NCBI RefSeq assembly: GCF_963921235.1
Contig: NC_086108.1
Coordinates: forward strand, 59,336,001 to 59,400,000
Direction of reading: 5' to 3'
Origin: Mobula hypostoma
Taxonomy: Eukaryota
Length of the DNA stretch: 64,000 bases
How positions within the stretch are numbered: the stretch's first letter is position 1; each line of letters begins with the position of its first letter. Made by a program: the position numbers and the translations under genes. Below the pieces are notes generated by a model, which was given only the letters and a program-made list of their open reading frames with translations, had not been told where the DNA came from and made no database searches. Below are positions 12,860 through 26,743 of the stretch, one piece after another.

Positions 12860-13310
12860 AATGGCGGGGGAGCTTCATTGCCTTGGTTGTGTAGAGGACT
12901 ATGCCCTCAGGATGCAGGGTCAGCTGCTGCCACTGCCCAGGAGAGGAGATGCCAAGGCAGAGTGGGAGAAATCAGAGGCCTCTATGGGTGCACTGGAATC
13001 TTGTGGGTGCTGTTGGTGCTGCCCCTCAGTGTTTACTCGATGCTGCCCTTGGTGTTCGTTTGGTGCTGCTCTCCAGAGATGGCTCAGTCGAGGAAAAAGC
13101 TGGACCTGGACAATATCTCATGCATCATCAATCTACGGGTCATGCCATTCAGGAACTTTAGCTTTTCTTTTGTAACTGTTGTTTACTGCTATCATAACCA
13201 TATGTGCTCTGTGCTGTTAACGATATGTTTTGCATCTTGGTCCCGGACAAACGCTGCTTCATTTGGCTATGTTCATGTGTGGTTGAATGATAATTGAATT
13301 TGAACTTTAA
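12860..13310 (+). mobile_element. Non-autonomous retroelement with a Rex1-type 3' tail
   Basis: GC-richer body, then TTTGCATCTTGGTCCCGGAC...TGATAATTGAATTTGAAC. A related tail lies in reverse at ~22022-22100. Confidence 0.55.
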
Positions 13311-14074
13311 CAAAAGAACTTTTCTTTGCAGCTGTTATATGCACATATCGACTTTAATATGTATATCATACAGTTGATAATGGTACACAAACCCATGCGT
13401 TTAAATGATCTACTTTAATTGCCTATCAATTAGTACCATAAAACTGTCATTCCCTTTTCATAAAAAACTGAAAAGGTCTTATAAAAATATTCAACCTTTT
13501 TGGAAAATGGAACGTTTGCTTCTCAATGATTTCAAATCACTGTACAGACTGGATCTATTTAAAAACTTGTGATTATTTTTATACCGACTATCAAATTCAG
13601 CCAAAATTTTTTCTCACCGAAGTAACACACTTTGTCACCCTAATCAAATACCAACTCTTTGCCACAAATATAGAATAGCTTTAGGTCTTTATTTACTGTA
13701 CATACTAGTCAAATTCTGTCTTTGATGTTTACAGTTATTTATCAACACAAGAGATCTTTTGGCCTTGATGGTGATTTCTCAGAGTCTTCATCAAACATAT
13801 TTAATGTGTAGTTTCTCACTTTCACTTCTATCCTCAGGTCACAGCAGCAACCAATATGGTGCTTATGCTGAATTTCTGTATTTGATTATATGGTCTTACT
13901 ACAGCAGAGCATTACCAAGTTTTGTTATGACAAGTCTCAATCGAAGCTTTGATTGTTCATCTCACAGTCTAGTCCATACAGATACCTAACTGTTGAAAAT
14001 GACCTGATCTTTTAAAAGTGGCAGGTAAATGCCTTTAGAAAGAAAGTGTGGAAGTGCTTCTACTTCTTTAGAAG

Positions 14075-14710
14075 TTTGCAAAGATTCAGCATGACAGCTA
14101 AAACTTTGACAAACTTCTATATATGTATGATGGAGAGTATATTGACTGGTTGCATTATGGTCTGGTATAGAAACAGCAATGCCCTTGAGCAGAAAATCCT
14201 ACAAAAAGTACTGTAGTGGATATGGCACAGTCCATCATGGGTAAAGCCCTCCCCACCATTGAGCATAGCTACATGGAGTGCTGTTGCAGGAAAGGAGCAT
14301 CAATCAATAGCCTCCACTATCCAGGCCATGCTGTCTTCTCACTGCTGCCATCAGGAAGAAGGTACAGGAGCCTCAGGACCCACATCATCAGGTTCAGGAA
14401 CAATTATTACATCAGGTGCTTGAACTAGAGGGGATAGCTTCACTTAACTCACTCACCCCATCACTAAACTGTTCCCATAAGCTATGGGCTCATTTTCAAA
14501 GACTCTTCCTTACATGTCTTCAATATTTATTGCTCATTTAAATATTATTTTTTTCACTTTTGTATTTGCAAGTTTGTTGTCTTTTGCACATTGGTTGATT
14601 GTCCAACCTGTGGGCTATGGCCTTTCATTGATTCTATTGTGTTTCTTAGTTTTACTGTGTATGCCCCCAAGAAAATGTACTTTGATAATAAATTTACTTT
14701 GAACTTTGAA
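14075..14710 (+). mobile_element. Rex1/Babar LINE 3' fragment
   Basis: ESILTGCI and HYPGHAVFSLLPSGRRYRSLRTH...RFRN match the C-terminus of the larger copy at 17066-19272. Ends in a (TTTGAAC)n tail. Confidence 0.85.
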
Positions 14711-15261
14711 TGAAAACTACCAACATTTCTACACAAATAGAAGTTTTTTTTTAGAAATTATGCAATATACTCACTAACTACATCAATCTGCTTCTATTTC
14801 TCTGTTCCAAATTCTTGCTTTTCATTGTTTCAGATCAATGTAAAATTCTGGTTTCTATATAACATTTTTAAAAAGATGTCTTTCACTGTGATTAGCACAA
14901 AAAGATTTGTCTGTCAAAATCTAAATCTCTGTCACATGGTTTACTTTTTGAGACTTGCATATCGCATTGATCTAGGCAGTCACGGCATTATTCTCATCTA
15001 CAGTCTCCACAATAGTTTTGTGCAAAGAACATATTCATTCTTTTTTTCCTTTATTGATTGTTCACGGATTTTATTGCACAATTTACTTGCCTAAAAAGCT
15101 AGTGATGTGCTATTATCTTGGAATACTGCAGTCCCGCTGATAGAGATATTCCCACACTGCTTTTGAAAAGTATTCTCAGGCTCCGGCTGTCCTAGATGCA
15201 ACTAACAGAAGGTCAAACTGCAGAAAAGCTAGCATTTACACATTTTGTAGCAGAAAAATTT

Positions 15262-15660
15262 AGAGCTAGGGCTTTACTCTCTGGAGAGAAGGAGGATGAG
15301 AGGAGACATGATAGAGTTATACAAGATATTAAGAGGAATAGATAGAGTGGACAGCCAGCGCCTCTTCTCCAGGGCACCACTGCTCAATACAAGAGGACAT
15401 GGCTTTAAGGTAAGGGGTGGGAAGTTCAAGGGGGATATTAAAGGAAGGTTTTTCACTCAGAGAGTGGTTGGTGCGTGGAATGCCCTGCCTGAGTCAGTGG
15501 TGGAGGCAGATACACCAGTGAAATTTAAGAGACTACTATACAAGTATATGGAGGAATTTAAGGTGGGGGGTTATACGGGAGACAGGGTTTAAGGGTCGTC
15601 ACAACATTGTGGGCCAAAGGGCCTGTACTGTGCTGTACTATTCTATGTTCTATGTTCTAT
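15262..15660 (+). mobile_element. CR1 3' fragment, fairly young
   Basis: Open frame LGLYSLERRRMRGDMIELYKILRG...RFFTQRVVGAWNALP; (TTCTATG)n tail at 15641-15660. Confidence 0.92.
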
Positions 15661-16214
15661 AACACTGCTGGGATTCTCAATTCATTCTCCAGAGGCTTTA
15701 ATCCAGGAATTAGGAGGAGGAGGAAAATCTTATGTTAAAATGGGGAAATGGCTTTCTACTACCTACAGAGAAGAATAAGTAGGATTGATATTGCAGATTT
15801 GCCTTTTGCAATCATCTGGACTTCTAAGGTCAGAGCCCTATTCATAATCTTACAATTGTCAGTGTAGCTTGACAATATCTTACTCTAATGAGAATGATCA
15901 AAATGATGAAAGCCTTATTTGTACAATTTAACATTCTTGCTGCCACTTTCCAATTCTGCCATTCATGTTAATGCTCTCTCATACCCCAATGCTTCTTCAT
16001 AGTAAGCTCGCATGATACTGGGGAAAGTGAACCAGCATCAACCAGAAAGTGAATCATGTCGGAAAATGAACCAGCGTGATGCCAAGAAAAGAAGTGTGTA
16101 GGAGCGAGGATTCACTGTGTCCTTCCATGAACTCTCTGCAGCTAAAGTGGCACCAGTTAAAGGTAGGCTGACTGGTAACTTCACAGTCTAGCACAGCAGT
16201 CTGAATGTGCAGAA

Positions 16215-16450
16215 ACATAGAAAGCTGTAGAGAATTGTGAATTTAGCCCAATACATCATAAGCACATTCCTCCCCAACATCAGTACTATTAACAGGAGGC
16301 ACCGCGTCAAGGTGGCAATATTCATCATCAAAGATCCCCACTACCCAAGCCATGCCCCCTTCCCACAACTACCATCAGGCAAGAGGTACAGAAGTCTGAA
16401 GTTCCTTACCATCAACTTTAAGACAGCTATTTCCCTTCAATAATTATGTT
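16215..16450 (+). mobile_element. Rex1/Babar 3' fragment
   Basis: IIKDPHYPSHAPFPQLPSGKRYRSL in ORF 16237-16443. Confidence 0.75.
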
Positions 16451-16589
16451 TATATATATATATATATATATTTAGATACAGTACAGTGACAAGTGCTTTT
16501 GGCCCAACAAGCCAGCACTGCCCAATTACACCCTGCTTAATTAGCCTTCTAATCTGTACATCTTTGGAATGTGAGAGGAAACTGGAGCA

Positions 16590-17056
16590 CTGAGAAGAGC
16601 ATTTGATGGCTCTGAACCTGTACTTGTTTGCATTTAGAAGAATGATGGTGGTGGGGGGGGGGGAGCACAGGGGGGTGGTCTCACTGAAACCTATTGAATA
16701 TTGAAAGGTCCAGACAGAGAGATTGTTTGCTATAGTGGAGGAACTTAGGCCCAGAGGACCAGAGGGAACAGCTCAGAATACAAAGACATCGCTTTAAAGC
16801 TGAGATAAGGAAGCATTTCTTTAGGCAGAGGGTGATGAATCTGTGGAATTCATTGGCACAGACATCTGTGGAGGCTAAGTCATTGGGTATATTTAAAATG
16901 GAAGTTGATAGGTTCTTGATTAGTAAGGACATCAAAGGTTACAGCGAGAAGTCAAGAGGATGGGATTGAGAGGGATAATAAATCAACCATGATGTAACAG
17001 TGGAGCAGACCCAATGGGCTGAAAGGCCTAATTCTTCTCCTACATCTTATGGTCTT
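16590..17056 (+). mobile_element. CR1 3' fragment
   Basis: FFRQRVMNLWNSL-type C-terminus, CR1 3' UTR and a CTTATGGTCTT tail. A short minus-strand SINE piece precedes it (~16475-16590). Confidence 0.85.
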
Positions 17057-17065
17057 CAGGTGTAA

Positions 17066-19272
17066 ATGAACATATACGCCTACCGTGCTATTCCATGCCC
17101 TCACTTCAGGAAGTCTGATTGCCTGGCTGTACTTCTACTCCCTGAGTATAGGCAGAGATGGAAGACAACAGCACCAGTAGTGAGGACCGAGAAGGTATGG
17201 GCAAGGGAATCACAGGAGCGCCTACAGGACTGCTTTCAATTGATGGACAGGACTGTATTCAGAGATTCATCTTCGAACCTGGAGGAGTATGCTGCAGTTA
17301 TTACCAACTTCATTAAAACCTGTGTGGATGAATGTGTGCCTACAAAGACTTACTGCACCAAAAGCCATGGATGAACCAGGAGGTATGTCGTCTGCTGAAG
17401 GCTGGATCTGTGGCATTTAAATCTAGTAACCCAGGCCTGTACATAAAACCAGGCAAGGGCAAAGAGACAATTTCGAACAAAGTTGGAGGCAACGTCGGAC
17501 GTATGACAACCCTGGCAGGGTTTGCAAGACATCACTGCCTATAAATCGAAACCCAATAGCATGAATGGCAGCAATGCCTCATTACCAGATGAACTCAATG
17601 CCTTCTATGCACGCTTTGAAAGGGAGAATATAACTATAGCTGTGCAGATCCCTGCTGTATCTGATGACCCTGTGATCTCTGTTTCAGAGGCCAATGTTAG
17701 GCTGTCTTTAAAGAGAGTGAACCCTCGCAAGGCAGAAGGTCCTGATGGAGTATCTGATAAGGCTCTGAAAACTTGTGCCAACCAACTGGCAGGAGTATTC
17801 AAGGACATTTTCAACCTCTCACTGCTACGGGTGAAAGTTCCCACTTGCTTCAAAAAGGCAACAATTATACCAGTGCCTAAGAAGAATAATGTGAGCTGCC
17901 TTAATGACTATCACCTGGTAGCACTCACATTGACAGTGATGAAATGCTTTGAGAGGTTGATTACGACTAGACTGAACTCCTGTCTCAGCAAGGACCTGGA
18001 CCCATTGCAATTTGCCTATTGCCACAGTAGGTCAATGGCAGATGCAATCTCAATGGCTTTTCACAGGGCTTTAGACCACCTGGACAACACAAACACCTCT
18101 ATCAGGATGCTGTTCATTGACTATGGCTCAGCATTTAATACCATCATTCCCACAATCCTGATTGAAGTTACAGAACATGGGCCTCTGTACCTCCCTCTGC
18201 AATTGGATCCTCAACTTCCTAACTGGAAGGCCACAAAGTGATAATATCTCCTCCTTGCTGACGATCAACACTGGCGCACCTCAGGGTTTGTGTGCTTAGC
18301 CCTCTACTCTACTCACTCTATACACATGACTATGTGGCTAGGCATAGCTCAAATATCATCTATAAATTTGCTGATGATACAACCATTGTTGATAGCATCC
18401 AAGATGGTGATGAGAGAGTGTACAGGAGTGAGATATGCCAACTAGTAGAGTGGTGTTGCAGTAACAACCTGGCAATCAACGTTAGTAAGATGAAAGAGCT
18501 GATTGTGGACTTCAGGAAGGGTAAGACGAAGGAACACATAGCAGTTCTCTTAGAGGGATCAGTAGTGGAGAGAGTGAGCAGTTTCAAGTTCCTGGGTGTC
18601 AGGATCTTTGAGGATCTAACCTGGTCCCAACATATCGATGCAGTAATAAAGGGAAGACATTATGAGTTTGAAGAGGTTTGGTATGTCAACAAATACACGC
18701 AAAAACTTCTACTGATGTTCCTTGGAGAGCATTCTGAAAGGCTGCATCAGTGTCTGGTATGGGGGGGGGGGTGGTTGGTGGTGGCTACTGCACAGGACCG
18801 AAAGAAGCTGCAAGGTGTTGTAAATTTAGTCGGCTCCATCTTGGGTACTAGCCTATAGAGTACCCAGGACATCTTCAGGGAGTGGTGTCTCAGAAAGGCA
18901 GTGTCCTCTATTAAGGACATCCAGCACCCAGGGCATGCCCTTTTCTCACTGTTACAATCAGGTAGGAGGTACAGAAGCTTGAAGGAACACACTCAGCAAT
19001 TCAGGAACAGCTTCTTCCCCTCTGCCATCTGATTCCTAAATGGACATTGAACCCTTGAACCCTGGCTCATTTTTAAAATATATATTATTTCTGTTTTTTG
19101 CATGATTTTTAATCTATTCAATATCTGTATATATATACACACTGTAATTTATTTATTTATTTATTTGTTATTATTATTTTTCATCTATATTATGTATTGC
19201 AATGAACTGCTGCTGCTAAGTTAACAAATTCCACGACACATGCCAGTGATAATAGACCTGATTTTGATTCTG
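17066..19272 (+). mobile_element. Rex1/Babar LINE, 5'-truncated and frameshifted
   Basis: ORF pieces with [67 protein letters not shown] and FKFLGV. Tail GATAATAGACCTGATTTTGATTCTGA. Confidence 0.93.
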
Positions 19273-21143
19273 ACATATTTGAAAAACTTACTATGATATT
19301 TTCCCATCTTACTGTAGTAAGAATTTAATCGATTAATCTTGCAATGTCATCTCTTTTAAAATAATTAGAATTGGCTGTGTCAGTAAGATCCACTTCCTGG
19401 ATTTTCTTTGGCTCACTCTAGAAATGATCCAATTTGGAATGGAAGGCCCAAACATAATTTTTCGGTAGTTTGAAGGCCAATAGCTCTTGAGTAATTATTG
19501 GTGAATTTGGTAAAATAGAGGTAGGAAGGTCCAGCCAGCGTTCTCCTTCCCTATTATTACTCAGCTGTCTACATGTGGAGTGGAGAGGATAGAATTTTGT
19601 TCAGTTTAACTATATCCATAATTATTAATTGATCTCATGTAAGTGTTAATCAAATGGAGATGTACTGAATGGAATTTTACTATTACTCATGCACCTTTAG
19701 CTCTAGGTAAAAGAAATTATATGAAAACGGGGATTAAAAAATCTGATCAATTGTTCCCTCTCCAACAAATGTCTGGTCATGTCAGACGATTACTGTGATT
19801 ATGTAGTGTGCAGACAACTAAACTTCTATGGATAATTTTGAAAACGGATTGATTTTTATCAAGATTTGTTTCTATAAATATGCAGTGAGCAAAGTATACA
19901 ATTGCTCCAGCTTTCAAATCTATGTAAGAAATTGAAAGCAATTTCAATAAAGAAAATCAAAAGGTTTACTGAAGCCAATCTGAAATCACAAAGATAGTGA
20001 AATAATGAGAATTCTTTCTGACCCTTATGTCATGCATTTAGCTTTGACAGCTCTGTAATTACAGAACCTTTAAGCTACAATTTAAATATCATCTCACAGA
20101 ATGAGAAACTGATTGACTGCAGAACAGTAAGCCATATATAATTTACAGCCTAGCAATATGCTTAATATCTCCTGTACCAGTCTTGAAATTTCCAATTAAC
20201 AGACTTAATCCCATTTGCTGGAAGTTTTAGTTCATGCATATTTTAAGGCAGTTTGCTTTTCTAAATTTGCACAACTCAAATCAAAGGGAGATTATGATAA
20301 GGATGATTACAATGTACATTTTCTTTAAAAACACAAACATCTAAAATGTTGCTACATTTCAAATTATTATCAATTATCTATTAGCAAAGGCAATCCTCAC
20401 TGAAGAAAGGGTGAATTCTTCTTCATGTTTCTCAGTCAACAGGACGAATACATTTTCAGCTCAATATCAATGTCGATTCTACTAATTCTGCAGCAATTGC
20501 CGCAGAAAAATTCTTGTCACATATCTAAATCTTTCTGCCAGACACAGCACATTAGCTGTAATTGCTAAAAACAGTTCCTGATTCAGTAAGCCAACACACC
20601 ACCTATTATGGTCGTCACTTGCACAGATCACTGATGTCCTAAATCTTAAACTTTGCTGTCTTCATCTAACAGATATCAGCCAGCATGGCATTAAAAGAAT
20701 TACAACTGACTACAGCATACCATAACTGTAATTGTGGCATTTAAAAAAATCTGTCATCTCTCTAACTCTGTCCAGTGATGTCGCTGAAATTCCATATGTG
20801 GAACTGAGTATTGACAGAATCAATTCCAGCCATGATGATATTTAAATACTTGATATCAAGGCTCATATAACTAAACATGTAACTCATTAAATTTGAAAAG
20901 AAAAGTTTGGAACTATCACATTTGGAATTATACTGAAAAGAAACAAAGGAATAACAGGCAAAGTAATTTAAAGCACAATAACAGAACACCAAAATACTAT
21001 TGGGTAAAATTAGGTACTAAAGTAGAGGCTTGATATTTACATTGTGCTGCAAGGGTGTTCACATATTTTTATTAACCCAGAGAATAACGGCAATCGGGTA
21101 CTTGAGTTAGATATGCAATCTCTACACAGAGCGGGAAGGAAAA

Positions 21144-21469
21144 GATGCAGATCTTTGAAGATCTACCTGGTATCATAACAAGATACATACAAGAGAACCA
21201 TGAGATGATTTATAAAGCAAAATCAAATCAAATCATTAAGTATTAATAAATGAGTATTTGTTCAATTACTCTGAATTTGGACAGATCAGGAGCTGGTTTT
21301 GACACTGCAAAATTAGTCCTTGATATGTGAAGGCTCATGATGATTGAACATTTTCTCATTTATTCTTAGTTAATGATTTGATTTGCTTTGGTTTATAAAT
21401 CTTCTAATAGGTTTTAAGGAGATTACATGGTCTTGAATCCAAGATAAACATATTTTTAAGATCTGCATC
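21144..21469. repeat. Old imperfect palindrome (~325 bp), probably a decayed MITE
   Basis: Inner arms 21207-21266 and 21343-21401 are reverse complements (about 8 mismatches and 1 gap by hand). Outer 12-mers GATGCAGATCTT (21144-55) and AAGATCTGCATC (21458-69) are exact reverse complements. Confidence 0.8.
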
Positions 21470-22021
21470 ACATTACATAAAAAGATGTTTTAAATTGTAT
21501 AGTTTTTTGGTCTCTCATGTAACTAACAGTTTCAATATGTAAGTGTAAAAAGCTCAGAGTTAAGTTAAAACTACAATTTTCTCCAAGAAATGTACAAATG
21601 TACAGGTTTATGTATGGAAAATCAGTCCAACTCCAGTGCTATTGCAGAGAGTTAATGCAGATTCAAAGGATGTGGAATGAGTCCAACTCCAGTGCTTTTC
21701 AGCTTTGGACAGCTTATTTTGATTTTTGTAAGAGACAGTTTCTGACCCCAGTGTTGTTTTCTCTTCTATTCCTTTCAACCTGTCATGGTCTTCTAAACAA
21801 TGCTCCATAACGTCTCTCCTCCACTCTCTAACTCTAAAAAAAACTGCTCTTCCAATTTTAAACATCTAATCAGCAACAAAATAGCTCTCTGTGTTACTTC
21901 CCTTTTCCACCCACTAGCCCTTTGTCCCTAAAATAGTCATTTTTTTCAGGGCTTCTTCCAAGTGTCATTTGTTGGCCTGTCCTCTTCATAATATTGATTT
22001 ACATTCAACAATTTGCCCATA

Positions 22022-22490
22022 ATCAAGTTCAATTTGATTGTCATCTGACTGTATGTATATACGCCCAAATGAAACATTTCTCCAGACCACAGTGCACCCA
22101 GAACACATGTATCACATATAGCACATAAAACAAAATATTACAACAAATAAGTTAATAAAATATAATTCAAAGTTCATGTAGCGTGCAGCCCAGGTAAACA
22201 GTAAGAAGTAAACAGTAAACATCGCTGTAAACCCTAGACAGTTCACTGTCCTAGTGACAAGACCTTGGTGGTGGCAGGGTATTCATTAGTCTCACAGCTT
22301 GAGGGAAAAATCTGTTATTCAGTCTGGAAGTCCTAGTCTGAACGATCATGAACCTTTTTTCTGACAGTAATGGGTCAAAGAGATGGTGATATGGGTGGTA
22401 GGGACCCTCAATAATGTTTTGGGCCCTTCGTATACAATGCTCCCAGTAAATGTCACAAATGTGGGGGAAAAGAAGACCCTAGTGATCTTT
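22022..22490 (-). mobile_element. Rex1-type 3' fragment
   Basis: Reverse-complement tail (CAAGTTCAATTTGATTGTCAT) and Rex1 C-terminal-like sequence (GACAGTAATGGGTCAAAGAGATGG). Confidence 0.65.
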
Positions 22491-22989
22491 TCCCTCTTTC
22501 AAACACTTTTCTCCATCCCTCCAGTTCCTTTAGTTTCACAGTGGTTTCTGGTTTCACTTATTCAGTCCGGGAAACAACCTAATTTCCTCCTATGGAGGAT
22601 CAAAGCCCTCATCTTAATCATTGTTTCAAATTCTGTGGCTTTGATATCCTTTCTTTTAAAATTTGCCTCTGTTTCAGCTTTATCCAGATGATTAATGGCT
22701 TGAACATTCAATTTGACCTGAAGTTGGACTTCTGATGTCAAAGCTGTTCCATCATAAAGATCATCACCTCTGTCATTACTACCACAGAAATGCTCATTCA
22801 TGTAAAGACTTGATTACTTCAGTGTTCTTCTGGCTGTCCTTCCATCTTTTCCATTTCATATGCCACTTCATCCAATCATCCTCCAAACATTTCCAATATC
22901 TAATATTCTTATGTTTAGATACTTTCTTCATCTCACCCTCCCTCCATCCAAATAATCATTTCTAGATTTATTGCTAATCTTTCCTCTAA

Positions 22990-23670
22990 AAATGGTGGAT
23001 ACAGCCCAGTCCCTCATAGACAAAACTCTTCCCACGCATCTCAGAATTAGGTTTAAATTAGGTATAAATTAAATTAAGTAAGTAGGCAAAAAGAGAGCAA
23101 AAAAGTAGTGAGGTATTGTTTATTGTCCATTCAGAAATCTGATGGCAGAGGGGAAGAAGCTGTTCCTGATGCGTTGAGTTTGTGTCTTCAGGCTCTTATA
23201 ACTCCTCCTTGATGGTAGCATTGAGAAGAGAGTATGGATGCTTTTTTCAATGCTGTGTGGAGGCCACTCCATACCAAGTGGTGATGCAACCATCCAGGCC
23301 ATGCTCTCTTTTCACTGCTGCCATCAAGAAGGAGGTACGAGAGCCTTAGGTCCCACACCATCAAGCTAGGGAACAATTATAACCCATCAAACATCAGGCT
23401 CCTGAACCAGCAAGAATAACTTCACTCTCCTTAACCTATGGACTCACTTTCAAGAATTCTATAACTCATATTGTCAGTATTATCTATTTATTATTTGCAC
23501 AGTTTGTCTTCTTTTGCAAGTTGTTGCTTGTCAATCTTCGTGTGTAGTTTTTCATTGTTTCTATTGTGTTTCTTTGTTCTACTTTGAATGTCTGTAAGAA
23601 AATGAATCTCAAGGTAGTATGTGGTGACATGTGCATACTTTAATAATAGATTACTTTTGAAGTTTGAATT
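22990..23670. mobile_element. Plus-strand Rex1 3' fragment interrupted by a minus-strand Rex1 3' fragment (~23036-23290)
   Basis: Minus ORF HTLFSMLPSRRSYKSLKTQTQRIRNSFFPSAIRFLN. The plus strand resumes HPGHALFSLLPSRRRY at ~23291 and ends in a TTACTTTTGAAGTTTGAA tail. Confidence 0.75.
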
Positions 23671-24144
23671 CCTTTCATCTCCTGATTCTAACCTCTTATG
23701 GATAAACCATCTGCTTCCTTTCGCTTTATTCCACCATTGGCAGCTGCACCTTCTATGGTTTTGTTCTCACACAAAGGAATTTTCATCTTAATATCACTGT
23801 TCCTCCCTCGCTCTCTCCCTTTCTCCCCCATGCAAACATAAACACCTTGTCTTTCGCCAGTTTTTCAAAAAGCATTCCAGTTGTACATTTCCAAAGCTCC
23901 TCCTTCATATTGGTGCAACTGCTTTCATACTTCAAGTATCCCCTCTAAGACTACAACAGAGTCAGTATCTACCATCCTGCCATACATTCCATTCCAAATC
24001 CTCTTGCTGCACTAATTTGTTTTTCTTCATGTTGTCTTTGATTCTTCGCCAATCAGCTTAAATGTGTACACATTTGTTATCTATGAGAGCACTTCTAACG
24101 TTGACCTTGTTCCGATGAGGAAGACAACACAGAGTGGCTGGCTG

Positions 24145-24470
24145 TTTCTTTCTTTCTTTCTTTTTAAATCTTTTTATTGGCTGTTTCTTGATGCATGTAT
24201 ACAAAATATGTCGTGCAGTTGCGCAGAGCATGAACGTTCATGAACAAATAGGTAGAGAGAGATGGAGGATCAAGAACGAAAGAACACACAGTTCGAGCAA
24301 CAGGAAAAAAGAACTAAGCTAACATGAAAAAATACTTCTAAAAAAAGCAAGCAGTAAACATCTGGAGTGCTAGTTGAAGGAAACAAAGTCATCTAAAGGA
24401 GAGAAGAGGCAGCAGCAGAGGGGAGGAGCCAGGAACTTCTTACAAGGGAGAATAAAAAGAGACTGATCGA
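24145..24470 (-). mobile_element. Possible L1/Tx1-type 3' UTR fragment
   Basis: The minus strand ends AATAAAAAGATTTAAAAAG(AAAG)n, the same terminus style as the TSD-flanked insert at 35166-35525. Confidence 0.45.
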
Positions 24471-25343
24471 TCAAGATTATTTAATAAAATTTACAGTACA
24501 CAAATGTAAAGGAGAACAAAATAATGGTTGCTCCAGATCTGATAGTGCAGAGTCCCCCTGTGGCTGTTCCCCTCAGTAATGCATACCCCTTTGAATACAG
24601 GTGGGAGACCTTCCTGTGCAAGTGAGAGTCAGGTTGCACCTGAACTGGAGGGGTACCAATTTCCTGGCTGGGAGATATGCCAGTTCTCATCAGGGGTGTT
24701 TAGACTACAGTCACATGGGGATGGGACCCTGAGCACTAGAGTGGCTGATGAGAAATCAAGGCTGTAGCTTGATACTGTAGCTAATGAGAGAAAATACCAC
24801 CATCAGGATAAAAAGGAGCACAATAAAGGGAGAGGAAAGGCATGGGTTGAAACTGGATTTATTTCAATATATTAGGCTTGATAAAAGTAAGACAGATGGA
24901 TTCAGGGAGTAGGCTGGCTCTAGGGCCTGGGACATCATGGCCAATATAGAAACATGGCAGAGGCAAGGGCAGGAATGGCAGCTCAGTGCTCCAGGAATAA
25001 GATGCTGCAGCAATGGCAGATGTGTAGGGAGGAGAGGAGGGGGAGTTACCTTCCTGAGATAGGATATACTAGGGAATCACCCAGTGATGCTATATCAGTA
25101 GATTGGATGTAGAAAGGGGATGCATTTGATGGGACTGTGTTATGGCAAACGCCCCCTCCCCCCACCACAACCACCACCAATCGTCAGCAGGCATTGTAGG
25201 GCCAAATACATGGGGAGATTGCAGCTAGTTGTAAATATAATAGGGCTGTATTTCTGAGGGATTTTAACTTACTTAATATTGACTGGCCGATCATAATGTG
25301 AAAGGATTGGATGGAGTGAAATTTGTGAAATGTGTCCAAGAAC

Positions 25344-26645
25344 TTCAAGATTCAAGATTGTTTAATGTCATTTCCAGTACACAGATGTAAAATAATAATG
25401 AAATATTTGTTACTCCGGATCTGATGCAGCACAAAAAAAAAACACAGTAAGTTCAGGAGCACAGTTTTAAAAATAACACAATAAATATAAATCCAAAAGA
25501 CAGCTTATACACGTAGATTGATCATATGTCCATAAAATGATGCTACATAAAGTTTCTTCACAAATGATGACTATGACAGGAAATGATAAAGTTGTGGTGG
25601 TAGTAGATGGTGGGGATCAGTGGGTTATTGGGTGGAATTGTTGATCAACCTTACTCCTTGGGGAAAGTGACTCTTTTTGAGTCTGATGGTCCTGGTGTGG
25701 ATGCTACGTAGCTTCCATCCTGATAGGAGTGGGACAAACAGTCCATGAGTAGGGTGGGTGGGATCTTTTATGCTGTTACTGGTCCTTTTGTGGCATCTTT
25801 CTGTATATACAGTATGTCTTTGATGGTGTGGAGGCTAGTGCCAGTCATGTGCTGGGCAATTTTGACTACCTGTTATAGAGCCTTCCTGTCCATTGCAGTG
25901 CAATTTCCATGCCATGCAGTGATTTAACACATTGCAATGCTCTCTACAATGCATCTATAGAAGGATCTAAGTGTAGATTAGCATAGTACAGCTCTCTTCA
26001 GCCTTTTCAAAAAGTAGAGGCATTGATGACCTTCCCTGATTGTATGGGATGTTTTCTGGGGCCAAGAGAAGTTCTGCATGATGTGCATTCCCAGGAGCTT
26101 GAAACTACCTGCAGTTTCCACTGCTGTGCCTCTGATGTAAAGAGGGCTGTGAGTGGTGAGATTCTCCTGAAGTTGATAGCTATCTGCTTTGTCTTGTTGA
26201 CATTGAAGAAGAGGTGACTTGCCTAGTAACAGGGTCTCGAGCTGCAGGTCATAATACCATTGTTGTTGATGAGTACCAGCACTGAAGTGTCATTGGTGAT
26301 CTTGACAATGTGATTGCTCAGGTGTTTGTCTGTGTAGTGTATGAGCAGAATGTACAGCGGTGGGCTCAGCACACAGCCATGTTGAGAATGATGGAGAAGG
26401 AGGAACGGTTGTGCATCCTGAGGATCTGAGGTCTGTTGGTCAGGAAGTCCAAAACCCAGTTGTACGATGATGTATTCAGACCAAGGAGTAGGAGTTTGTT
26501 CACCAAGGTCTGTGGGACAATAGTGTTGAATGTAGAAATGAAATCCAAAAACAGCATTCTGACAGAAGTGTCATTGTTTTCTAGGTGTGTCAGAGCCAGG
26601 GCATCTGTTGCAATGCGGTTCTGTCGGTAAGCATATTAGTGAGTG
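25344..26645 (-). mobile_element. Rex1/Babar LINE fragment inserted into the CR1
   Basis: Minus [47 protein letters not shown]; (TTCAAGA)n reverse tail at ~25344-25360. Confidence 0.85.
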
Positions 26646-26663
26646 TCCAGAGAAGGCTTCCTT

Positions 26664-26743
26664 CAGGGGTTCCCAGCATTTTTTATTCCACAAACCCCTA
26701 CCATTAACTGAGGGGTCCTTGGATCCAAGGTTCAGAACCCCTG
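26664..26743. mobile_element. 80-bp hAT-like MITE
   Basis: Terminal inverted repeats CAGGGGTTC...GAACCCCTG. No clean 8-bp TSD visible. Confidence 0.65.

Noticed and set aside
12737..13297. 186-aa hydrophobic ORF resembling a membrane protein
   Set aside because: It runs across an RTE remnant and a second repeat, so it is most likely a chance open frame.
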